Assembly: GCA_964035545.1 (NCBI GenBank) | Contig: OZ037772.1 | Coordinates: 10,786,818-10,850,817, forward strand | Origin: Bugula neritina | Taxonomy: Eukaryota; Animalia; Bryozoa | Length of the DNA stretch: 64,000 bases | Direction of reading: 5' to 3' | The notes under the pieces: generated by a model | What the model saw: only the letters and a program-made list of their open reading frames with translations | Told to the model about the DNA's origin: nothing | The model's database searches: none | Shown here: piece by piece, positions 1 through 11,041 of the stretch | How positions within the stretch are numbered: the first letter of the stretch is position 1 | Layout: every line of letters begins with the position of its first letter | Program-made: the position numbers and the translations under genes

Positions 1-346
1 CTTTAGATTTATACAACCCTCTCACCTAAATCACAAATTACCCCCCCCCCCCCCGTGTATTAGGTTCAGATCAGTATCGCAGCAAATAAACATAATAGTT
101 TTATTTTATTCATGGTCTAAGCTTTTTGACAAGTTTCAAGAGTTTCCAAATTCTATTGCAGCTTAGCTAATACTTTTGCATTCATATTATATTATAAACA
201 TTAAATGAAAACTTGTTTATCTTTCTCTTGAAGTTATACTCTCTCCATTTCAATTCATTTTCATGAAGTAAAATAGTAATAAAACAATCAATGCTCATAT
301 ATTACAGTAAAATGCATTCAATGTTATTTGCTTTTCCGTTTTTCAG

Positions 347-444
347 TTGATGGGCAAGTTATTTCTGAGAATATGACTGCAGGTGAGTGTGGCTTGAAAC
401 CTATAATAAAAAAATACACGCGCACACACGTACGCACAGCACAG

Positions 445-476
<32 letters not shown>

Positions 477-3400
477 AACATATATATATAAACATATATA
501 TAAACATATATATAAACACACACACACACACATATAAAAACATATATAAACACATATAAACACACATAACCACGTATACACACGTATACACACGTATACA
601 CACATATACACACATATACACACATATACACACATATACACACATATATATACACACATATATATACACACATATATATACACACATATATATACACACA
701 TATGAGTCAGTTTACTTCATTTAGTACACACCAGCAACTTAAGACCTAACATTAAAGTTTGCTCAAAATCAATTGAAATTTATTTTACATGATATTTTTA
801 TGTGCTGGTTTTAACTACGCATAACAGAAAAGGCTGGGAGGGGATTCCCCAACATTAAAGCACAGGTCATTGTCATATGCACTTAACATTCTATATGTGC
901 GGACCGTTACGAAAAAACCGTAACGGCCCGTAACCAAAACGAGCTGAATAATTAGGGAAAACATTGGAAATGAAGCAAAATTAAAAAGAACGTTGATTGT
1001 TTAGGTGTATTTATTGGTGTTTTACTAGTTTTGGCCAAAAAACCATGTTCATTACCAGCTAAATTGTGAAAAATAGCCAAAAACTGAAGATATCCAGTGT
1101 GTACTAAATTAAGTAAAATGAGACATATATAATATATTATTTTTTTATTTATTTATTCATTTATTTTATATAGCTAATTTACCCAGAGACCAACTTATAG
1201 GACAAGGGGGCTTTGCAAAAGTCTACTGGATGAGGAATAGCGAAGGAGAAAAAATAGCAGTGAAAAAGATTGATATTGAAACTGTTAAAGATCCCAGTGA
1301 TTCTCAAGAACTGGATATGGTAAAATTTTCAATTTGAAATACTTACATTTTTTACGATATAATAAAATGTAATAGATATATAACAAAATATATACCATAT
1401 TATATAATATATGCTGTATATTATATAGATTATAGTACATAGATTATATTAAAATTAATATAATCTATGTATTGAAATGAACTTTTTTAGATATGTTTTA
1501 AAAAATACTCAGAAGGAGTACCAAACTGTATTGTTTCTATTTATATATGAGCATTTGAGCAATTTGTGAAAATCAATTTATTAGCTTCAACAATTATTTA
1601 AAATTTAAAGTTATAAATGCATTTCGCTAACAGGAAATGAAAAACATTCACAGAGAAGTGCAAGTGATGAGTCAGTTGAATCACAAGAGGATAGTAAAGT
1701 ACTTTGGGTCAGAGGTCATTGACTGTGAACTTTTCATCTACATGGAATATCTCCCTAGAGGTTCCATTAAGGATGAGCTTCGGAGGAGACAAGCCCAGTT
1801 TTGTGAGTTGGAGGCAAAGAACTACATGCGGCATCTTCTAGAAGGTTTGACCTACCTTCATGAGAAGAAGATTATACATCGAGATATCAAAGGTACGGCT
1901 TCGTTAATGAGTCACTTCTCATTAATTCAAGCTATGATCAACTTACTCATATTGAGTGTTTATGAATAAATTGTGCCTTTAATATGTCATAAAAGTTGTT
2001 GGCTTACAAATACAACTTCAATCATATTTTGTGTTACTTTGATTTGCAACTTTAGGCTGCAACTATTTCAGCGAGAATTATAGTCCAAGAATTGTTGGAA
2101 AGATTTAGTGGTTAGAGCACTGACCTTGTAATTAAATACAAGGTCGGTGGTTTGATCCTCAGTCAAACTTATTGGTGATATTAAGAAGAGCATTCAGTCA
2201 TAATCTATATTAAATTTAAAAAACCTATTGCTATCAGGGATTCTCACAAGGGTGGTGACTAAATAAACTCATGCGTGTTTTTTTTTTATTGAAAAGTTTA
2301 TTCACTCGTCTAAATATTATTTAGGTATAATCTCTTTCAAAATGCAGGTTCCAACATTTTACTTGATGAGGACGGAAATGCAAAGTTGGCAGATTTTGGC
2401 CTTTCAAAGCGAATACAAACTGTGAAAACTAAAAGCACGGGAAACACAACTTTTACTGGAACAGCTCATTGGATGGCTCCGGAGGTCATTGTGGGGAATA
2501 CCTACAGTTTCAGAGCTGACATCTGGTGAGCTTTTGTCTAGAAACAAATTATTAAATTCAAAATATAATATTGCTTTGAAAAATTGTAGAAGTTGTAAAA
2601 ACAATATAAAAAATAATTTACAACTAATTTATTTTATCTAAAAAGTACGTTCTACATTTAAAAAATGACTCAAAGGGAAAATGAGTGAAAATAAAGCGTT
2701 TTAAGTAAAATGTGTCACACGATGTGATTCAGAAAAAAGGTTATTGCAAATAAGCTTTTGTCATCAGTTGACAGTTATTAAATAAGAAAGAAATGGCACT
2801 CAGATTGGGTTGTAGATAAGCAAATTATTAAATTGAACTTTTGTTAAATTTTCTTAAAATTTATAGTTTTCTTTACAGTTGGTTTATTAAAATGAATTGT
2901 AAAAATTAGAAATAAGAATAATTATTCTTATTATTTTTGAAATAAAATATATTTGTGAACTGTGGTACAGTTCTCATGTAATTATTTACAGCATATATAT
3001 TAGTATATTATAGTGTAAAAAGTTCAAAATGTGTGATTTATAGACCCTTGTGAGAAATTCTTTTGCTGGAATTGAGTTCATTTCATTGCATGGCCAACTA
3101 AAAACTACTTAATTCTAGTTTTAGCTTTATTGAAGATTAACTAGCTCTATACAAATCAATTGCAGCACATAGAAAAGGAATTTATTGCAATATTTACAAT
3201 ATTTCGCTATAATACTAAACAAATAAATCTTTAATGTGACATGTATAAGTTCCGTAATAATCAAAGAAAAAGTGATGTGTTGTTTTAGGAGTGCTGGTGC
3301 GACAGCAGTAGAAATGCTGACCGGAAACCCACCATATGGCATGAGCTGGAGGTCTACCAAGCAATATTTAAAATAGGAACCACCAGGACTGCTAAATACC

Positions 3401-3519
3401 TGCTGCATCCAAATCCCAGCAGCCAACTTCTTGATTTCCTGGAGAAAACCTTTAAGCCAATGGAAGAAGATCGTCCAACAGCAGTTGAGCTTACTGCTCA
3501 CCCTTGGCTAAGTGGTTAA
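347..3519 (+). CDS. STE11/MEKK2-3-like MAP kinase kinase kinase, 3' part (5' end outside window); last exon carries a 2-nt frameshift
   Basis: GT-AG exons 347-382, 1174-1319, 1634-1892, 2348-2525, 3289-3519 join in phase. They give GQGGFAKVY, IAVKKI, HRDIKGSNILLD, DFGLSKRIQT, GTAHWMAPEVI and DIWSAGAT. The MEKK-type tail WHELEVYQAIFKIG...DRPTAVELTAHPWLSG* is in a different frame from 3337; as assembled the reading stops at TAG 3374-3376. Confidence 0.85.
415..702. repeat. Compound (CA)n/(TA)n microsatellite in kinase intron
   Basis: Runs of cacaca, tatata and cacatataca; this explains the CVY-type ORFs at 324-701. Confidence 0.95.
700..1129. mobile_element. Non-autonomous MITE-like element, ~430 bp, with ~32-bp terminal inverted repeats in a TA context
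   Basis: Left end atatgagtcagtttacttcatttagtacacac (700-731) matches the reverse complement of the right end gtgtgtactaaattaagtaaaatgagacatat (~1098-1129) with 4 mismatches. No ORF inside; internal hairpin ccgttacg-aaaaaac-cgtaacgg at ~904-926. Confidence 0.6.
2103..2290 (+). mobile_element. tRNA-derived SINE, diverged copy
   Basis: A-box-like tagtggttagagc, B-box-like ggtttgatcct, core attggtgatattaagaagagcattcagtcataat, tail ttctcacaagggtggtgacta...tttt; homologous to the copy at 6632-6842. Confidence 0.7.
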
Positions 3520-4397
3520 CATTTTAGACTTGTACTATGTATTTTATTATTTATTACTTTCATATGGTATAGATATCTATTCATTTAAAGTAAAATGTTG
3601 TTGAGGTTGCATATATTTTATGATTACAATGTCTTACCGTGAAGTAATTTTAGTTTATATCTAATATATGTAGGCTATTTTATTTTTCAACGTGTTTTTA
3701 TATGTTTCCTCATTTCTGTAAGCAAAATTTTATGATTGTTTATTTTACTAAAATATATGATTACCTTTACTTCAAACTTTTTACTTCCTTTATCAAATTT
3801 AACAAAATTTTTATGCTAATAAAAAGAAACAAATTGATTTTTGAACATTGTTATTTATTGGCATTCTCACATATATTATATAACACAATATAAAGAATAT
3901 ATAATATATATAGCTGAAACACACATATAATATAGATCATAATATGTATTTAACACAGATTTTCTATTACATCATTTACGTACAGAAACCAAACTGTTCA
4001 TTTTACTTTTAATTCAACTAACAGATAACAAACAAACTGGTAAATTAAGGATGAACAAATATCTAGCAACAAACAAAAATGCCATATTGTATTTTCAATG
4101 TAGAAGAGCAGAGTTGTCTGCACTACAATCACTGTACTAGGGTCATGTTTCAACAGTTCTTCAACTCAATAACTTTAGTCTACAAGAAAACAATATTCAA
4201 TGTTATTCAATACAAAATATAATACTTTGTATCTGCATATAAATTATTAATACATGGCAGCTGGTATTCGAAAACAGCAAATGCTGATTCTATATTTTAA
4301 AACACCTGAACTATGCAATACCTGTCGAAATAAACAGCTTAAAGAATACAGTTTAAAATCATAATACTACTCCATGTTTAAGGCATCTGCAACTTCA

Positions 4398-4510
4398 GTT
4401 TTTTTTAAGTGGGCTAAAGACTTGTGTCTAAATGGCACAGACCCTATTATGACTGAATTCCCTTCCTCAAATCACATAAGTCTGGCCGAGATTTGAACCC
4501 ATGACCTCGT
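4398..4510 (-). mobile_element. tRNA-derived SINE fragment
   Basis: On minus: gaggtcatgggttcaaatc (B box), ggaagggaattcagtcataat (core) and ttagcccactt, as in the 6632 copy. Confidence 0.6.
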
Positions 4511-4514
4511 ACGC

Positions 4515-4530
4515 ACACTAGGTGGCGCTG
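4515..4530 (+). promoter_or_regulatory. Candidate CTCF-binding motif
   Basis: ACACTAGGTGGCGCTG is one mismatch from the CTCF core consensus CCAC[CT]AG[AG][GT]GGC[AG]C; it lies in AT-rich DNA between two convergent genes. Confidence 0.4.
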
Positions 4531-4594
4531 TATCCACTAATACTTTTAGATGGTAACTATACGTGCAGGAAACAGAGTGTTGGCCCAATACAAG

Positions 4595-4712
4595 CAAGGT
4601 CATGTAGGGTTTGAACTTTGACAAAGCCATTGGTGATATGAGGAAAGGCATTTAATTACTTCTGTGCCTTAAGACTATGTCACCATCGTTATGACTAGCA
4701 AAGTCTTTAGCC
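4595..4712 (+). mobile_element. tRNA-derived SINE fragment, inverted relative to 4398-4510
   Basis: aggtcatgtagggtttgaac...caaagccattggtgatatgaggaaaggcat...ttctgtgcct matches the 6632 copy. Confidence 0.6.
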
Positions 4713-4715
4713 TAA

Positions 4716-7700
4716 TTAAATTAAACTTTTAAAATGTGAATTCGTTAGTGGTACAGTTACCAAACCCACCCATCCTCCACTTGACTGAATCCAGGCATGG
4801 AAATGCTGATTCACAAACTCGGTTGCTATCTGGACAATGTCATAGAGTCTGCGGAGCTGGCAGTCTACTATTGGTTCTTTCAACTTACTCACTGCATGCG
4901 CAATGTCTGCAGTGAACACCAGTAGCTACAAGTACATCAACAGCTACAGGTACATAAACAACTACAAGTACAACAGCATTTACAGACACAACAGTATCTA
5001 CAGGTACACAAACAACTACGCGTATAGAAACAATTAGAGGTATATAAACAACTACAGGTAATTTACAGTATCTACAGGTACATCAATAACTACAAGTAGA
5101 AGTGTATAGTTATTTATTATATAATTATTATTATTAGCAATTATTGCAACAATCATTATTATAGCTAATTGTCATGTTATATAATATTTATTTCATCTGT
5201 ATAAATATTATATAACTTACAGATTTATTTATAATTAGCTAAATATTATATTGCATAACAACAAACACGACTTTTTCTTATATCAGAATGATATAATTAT
5301 ATTGTAGAGTAATTATTTTTATATTATTTAATGTTAATTTGCTGTTGAAGGTATTATTTATAATTTTGCTAATAGATATATTAGCCTATATATGGTATTT
5401 ACTTTCGCTAACTGTTATATTATATAACACCAAACAAAGATTTTTATTACATCACATAATATTATTATTATAGCTAGTTATTATATTGTTATTATATATT
5501 TATTTTTATAGTATTTGTAATATTTCAAATTACATGATAATTATTATAGTTTATTTTTTATCAAATTATAATATAATGAATGTACTATAGTTTATTATTG
5601 TAATATCATATTATATTATAATGTATTATAGCTTAATATTGTAATAATTATTATGTTGTACTATATAATGTATTATAGTTTAATATTTTAATATATTATG
5701 TAATATATTATAGCTTAATATTGTAATATCATATTATATTATATATTATAGTTTAACATTGTAATATCATATTAAAGATCGTGATAATATAATATCATGT
5801 ATTATGTTTACCATGATGATACGCTGCCAGGAGATGCCCTGCTGACCCCCAATCAGCCAGGAGTACATTACTTTATTGAACTTCATGCCTACGTGCTCTT
5901 TCGACTCCTCCACGTTCTTCATGCTGCACAACTCCATGTGGAATCTATCACAGAGCATTTGGTATTGGTCCTTTAATAAGTTCTTCAGTTCTTTACCTGA
6001 CAGTAAATATTAATACAGTTATACAGGGGTTAAAAACAGTAATATCGTAATTATACAGTAATGTCGTAATTTACACTAATTATACAGTAATACAGTTATA
6101 CAGTGTTACAGCGTTACAGTAATACAGTGATAGAGTAATAAGTGATATAACAGTAATATATATGCCTACATGCAACACTACACAACAATATATTGTTATA
6201 TTGAAGATGTAAATATTACTATTACTGTAATGTTATATTATTATACCTGGTCATTAGTGACTTGATATGCAATTATGTACTATAGTCACAGTTAGCAGTT
6301 GTAGTAATTAATATAGTCACAGTTATAACTATAACAGTTAGAATAACTAGACTGCAAATATAGTTATTATGGGCTTTGTAATTTTATCATGATAGCGGTA
6401 CAGCTAGCGTGAATAAATTATATTTGAAGAAAAATAAAATGTTGCAATACATTAACAGAACTTGAATACTTGCCAAGTTCGAGCATCACTTTGACTAGTT
6501 CTGTTTGACTGTAGTCACTCTCTACACCTTTTAGCATCTGCATGATTTTAGGCAGAGTAAAGCTCAAGGAACCTTCAGTACACACTTTATCTTTCAGACT
6601 GAAAAAATATCATTATAGCTTCAATATTCGTAGGGAGTAGCCGTGGTCTAGGGGTTGAAGCGTTTGCTTTGTGAACATGAAGTCATGGGTTCGAACCCAA
6701 CAAAGGCCATTGGTGATGTTAGGAAGAGCATCCAGTCATAATTGCTCCTGTGCCTCATTTAAATAAGCTCTTAGCCCACTTTAACAAAAACCCTCACAAT
6801 TTCTCACAGGGATGGTGACTATAAACTTGCGTGAGCTTTTTAGCTTTAAAATTCATCAATTGATATTTTTGCGTATTGTTTTTTAAATAAAGGTGCTCAA
6901 AATGAAATATGAATAAATTTATTTTAGTTACTGACCTTTCTCTCACGTAGGCAGAAATTACATCAAAGTTGACATGATTGAAACATCCTGGTTTTTCTTT
7001 TTGTTCAGGACTTTTGGTTTTTTTCTCCGGGGATTTATAGTCTGGAAAACGAACCAGCTTTACAATTCGTCTTGCCGCATTCGGGATATCAAACTCACAT
7101 TGCTTTACCAAATTTTTGCAGTTTGGTTTTAGGCCATTCTAAAACAAGTTTGATAAAAAAATATTATGTTAATGTTATTATTAGTCAATTACAATAAAAA
7201 ATATGAATCTTTTCACGTAAATTCTTGCATAACCTATCGATCACTATTGATCATAAGCATGTTATACTGAAATATAATGTGCCAGATAAAGCAATTAAAT
7301 TTTGTTTTAAATTTATTATTTTGAAGTTGTAATAAAATAAAGTTTTATAATATATAGAGCTATTTGCATTTGTTAAAATTTAGGTTCCATAGCATATTAC
7401 AATAGAAACAGGTTCTTTTTAGTATATAAAGCTATTTACATATAACACATCATTAGGCTTGGTCAATCAAAGTTAATTGTACATTATATTAAGTGAAATA
7501 ATTAACACTATAAATACCAATTACTAGAAAATAAATTGCAGAATAAAAGGCGTCTAAAAATCAACGTCTTTTGCTCTTTATAATTAAACTGACTTAATTT
7601 CAATAAAATGCGGCAATTAAACTTAAGTTGATTTGTCAAAGCTTCACTATAGTGATTATTGACAGAACAAGGTAAAAGCGCAAGCACATAGTAGTTGTCT

Positions 7701-9887
7701 TCTCTCAACAGTTGTCTAATGACTTACCCAGCCTCCTTGCTGTAGTAGAAAGTCACTTGCGTATTTATCAATGAAGTTGACACCTAGACTGACTAACTGC
7801 TGAATCTTATTCCCCACGTCACAGGGATCTCTTCTAATACTCTGTGTGACCATGGACAGCGTAAACGCCCACACCTACAGCAAACAGTTCAGCATATTGC
7901 ATTATATTACAGGATATTGCAGTATTTTGCTGTATATTACAGTTGACTACAGTAGTATATTACAGTAGTATATTACAGTTATTGATAACTTAAACAGTTT
8001 ATAAGGCTGTTGATTGAAAATTTTACCAGTTGTGATTAAAAGATATTACATTAAAAATAAAATCACAATAGAAATTATCTTATTCTTTATTGTTTTAATT
8101 TCTCAAAACTTTATAATGCATAACTTGATTTTGAGCACAATTATCAAATATATTTAATTTATGCAGTAATATTATATTGTTTAATATAGTTGAAGAGCGT
8201 GGATAGTTATGCATTATACTATTATTTCAAAGTATTCTCCCATTTGAAACACTTAATAATATTCACATCACATATCTTCTTTTATGTCAACTTATGAACA
8301 TATAAAGTACAAAACATATTATACAAAGTAGTACATATAGAACATTCTATTTGTTGGCAGTTCCACATAAACAGGAAATGACATACCACCAGCAATCTCT
8401 CCCATGTCATTGGATGGTCATCATCAATAAGCCACGCCCTTAGTATCTCGTTGAATACACTCGACACTACTGGTGGGTTAGAGTACTTGTCCGTAATGTA
8501 CTTGATTTGCTCTTTTAGTTCTGTTGTCACCTTTTCAACTGTTTTGGAGCATTTCTGCACAACGAAATTTACTGAAATAAACAGAAAAGTATTGTTAGTG
8601 TGTCATAATGCTTTAACTTTGGCTTAAAAGGACAACTTTCAACACTTAATGTAGACTGTGTTATGCTATTTCCCAAATTTCTAAAACAAGTCTATATCAA
8701 TATAGATGACCTACCAGTTTAATCTAATTTAATAGAGATTAATTATATGATACAAATGATTAATTATATGCATGACAGAATAGATGCAGCTTACAAAAGA
8801 ATTGAAGTTATTTTCAATAATTAGCAATATGTTTGTATAAAATGACGTAGGTATCAAACCACAATGCAATAATCATGCATAACCAATATTTATGAACTTC
8901 CAATTATAAATATAATCAAATTAGCATAATATAAATTGTCACTGAATAGTGGAAACAGTTTGAAGTATTAAACTACGTATAACTGCCATTCTAAATTATA
9001 ATCGGTTGAACAATTTTAAGCTCTCACCCACTTGTCCAATAGCCATCTGACCCGCATCCTGCTCTAAATCCTCCTTGTGCACTGGTAGTAGCTGGTCTAC
9101 CACTTTATCAGCTAGGGACTGAGTGCACTTCAAACTGCAAGTTAAGTGAAACTGATACGTGAACCAATAAAGCATGTTAAATGTATTTGAATGAACTGTA
9201 TATATGTAAAGTTGAAATAGAAATAGCTATATATAGAATGCTGGCTTATAAGTTATAGACGCTAGCTCATAGTATAAGTATTATAATAAGCTAAACAGAT
9301 ATTAAACCTTGCATAATATCTTACATCATTATAATTATGTAGTTTGACAGATCGAATATGCAATTTAAAATTAGCTAGTATAAAATGCTCAACTCATTGC
9401 TTTCAAACTTTGTCCATATAAATTAAATATTTTACATAATGCATTAATTTAGATTAAGCTAAATTTCTCATCACTAAAATAAGTAATAATTTTAATATTG
9501 GTCATTACTATTATTTCAAAAACAAGAGTTTTTTTTTTTCAAATATAAGCTCAGTTTTAGAAGCTGCACAATATATTATGTTTATATAATATATTATATG
9601 AATATAATATGATATTACTATAATTGTTCAGATATTATATTATATAGGTGAGATTATATATGTTCTAATATATATTATAATATATTATATATAGTATAAT
9701 TGTTTATCATATATATTTATGCATTATGTATGGCAATCTTCAGCTGAACAGTTGAACCGCATGTCAAACAAACAGGATATTAAGTTATAAAAGAAAGAAA
9801 TAAAACCCACTGTGTTCTAACGTATGCAGAGATTAGGTCATATGTACTCGGCTCCGAGGAGCAAGTAGGACTTTCCCGTCTTGGCAT
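4716..9887 (-). CDS. Tandem double Bcl-2-domain protein (>=395 aa; 412 aa if exon 8 reads through to the stop at 4716)
   Basis: Minus exons 9811-9887 (ATG), 9028-9134, 8387-8571, 7728-7874, 6936-7138, 6474-6598, 5812-5996 and 4770-4925 join in one open frame. Unit 1: BH4-like YDLISAYVRTHL, BH1-like MTWERLLVVWAF, BH2 DFLLQQGGWNGL. Unit 2: FDVISAYVRESL, BH3-like VMLELGKEL, GISWQRIIMLLVF, AWIQSSGGW. The 3' end after the second GGW is unresolved (read-through or a further exon). Confidence 0.85.
6632..6842 (+). mobile_element. tRNA-derived SINE, best-preserved copy (intron 5 of the Bcl-2-like gene)
   Basis: Pol III A box TGGTCTAGGGG (6644-6654), B box GGTTCGAACCC (6688-6698), core GGAAGAGCATCCAGTCATAATTG (6722-6744), tail ttctcacagggatggtgactataaacttgcgtgagc-tttt; six further homologous copies in this window. 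Confidence 0.8.
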
Positions 9888-10729
9888 TTTTATGTTTTAC
9901 CCGAAGTTATTTTTTATACATATTTTAGAAAAACCAAACTACATTACATTTACTACAGAAAAAGAATGTATGAAACCACTCTACTTAGTTGCTACCAAAA
10001 GTGATGATGTAATCTATAGCGTAGAACCATAACTTAATTTTAAATAAGAAAAGCAATTAATAAAATATAGTCAAATATAAAATAGTATGCAATAATCAAA
10101 AATAGTAATAAAATAACAGGGGTTTTCTCAGGGGATGGAGGCTTTAAAAACAAACAGGAGTTTTATTAAATCTTGCTTTGCTATTAGGCTTTAAATAATT
10201 CTGCTTCTATGTGACACATTTATTAGATTATCTCACACTTTCATATATTCCTGTGTTTGTATAGTATTCTACAATTAGAGAAAATAATTTTGTGCTTTTA
10301 CTTTGACAATTACCACATTATATTTTATAAAATTAGCTAAACAAATTTGCTTTCTATATATGTCTATGATAGAGAAAAAAGTTACTGATTTACATGATAC
10401 TGTGTAATCAAAATTCAGTTCATTATTTGCGCATGGCTTCGATCACTACATAAAGTACATACCACTGCAATGTTAATGTACATTTAATGTATGCATGTTA
10501 TATGTAGATTGAGGTGTATTCACTTTATAATATTATAGTAGTATATATTATAATCAACATTTTGTAATAGGCTTCATAATAAATTGGGAATTCAATTATG
10601 TACTACAATCAAGAAACTTGTTAATATTAATTATTTAGATTTTAGAATTCTTTGTAATACGCAGAAACTATGGACAAACATTATTTCATTTGGAATTGCT
10701 GTGAATTAATTTTCAAGAGTTGTCTTCAC

Positions 10730-10885
10730 AATTTGAAATGTAGGCGGCTCTGGAAATTTTATCCAACCAATAAAACAGCCTAACGACGCAATTCATCCAA
10801 TCAGAGGTTTGGTAAATAATATCCAATGATCTCTCTAAATCATGTATGGGTTTGTTAATTAGAATATTGCTGCGTTTCGCGTGAT
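10730..10885. promoter_or_regulatory. Pin1-proximal, possibly bidirectional promoter: three CCAAT boxes plus CHR-like and E2F-like sites
   Basis: CCAAT at 10767, 10797 and 10823; TTTGAA at 10732-10737; TTTCGCG at 10875-10881; lies between the divergent ATGs at 9887 (-) and 11042 (+). Confidence 0.5.
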
Positions 10886-11041
10886 AAATATAAGTATGGT
10901 ATCAATTTGAGAGAAAAAAATGATTAAAATTTAAATTATTTCATAAATTATTTCAATTTACACGTCACCAATTGTTTTACACGAGTGGCTGCAACTTCTT
11001 ATTTATCTTTGAAAAAAAGCCGACTAAAACTTACTCTCATC

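Noticed and set aside
324-701. Three Cys/Val/Tyr-rich ORFs on minus
   Set aside because: Translations of a CA/TA microsatellite.
6632-6705. tRNA gene
   Set aside because: It has A and B boxes but no acceptor stem, and it continues into a repeated SINE body.
4716-7138. Reading the second Bcl-2 unit as a separate tandem gene
   Set aside because: Exon 6936-7138 starts at an acceptor, continues BH2 (GGW|NGL), and has no stop or in-frame ATG before the second BH4, so a single fused gene fits better.
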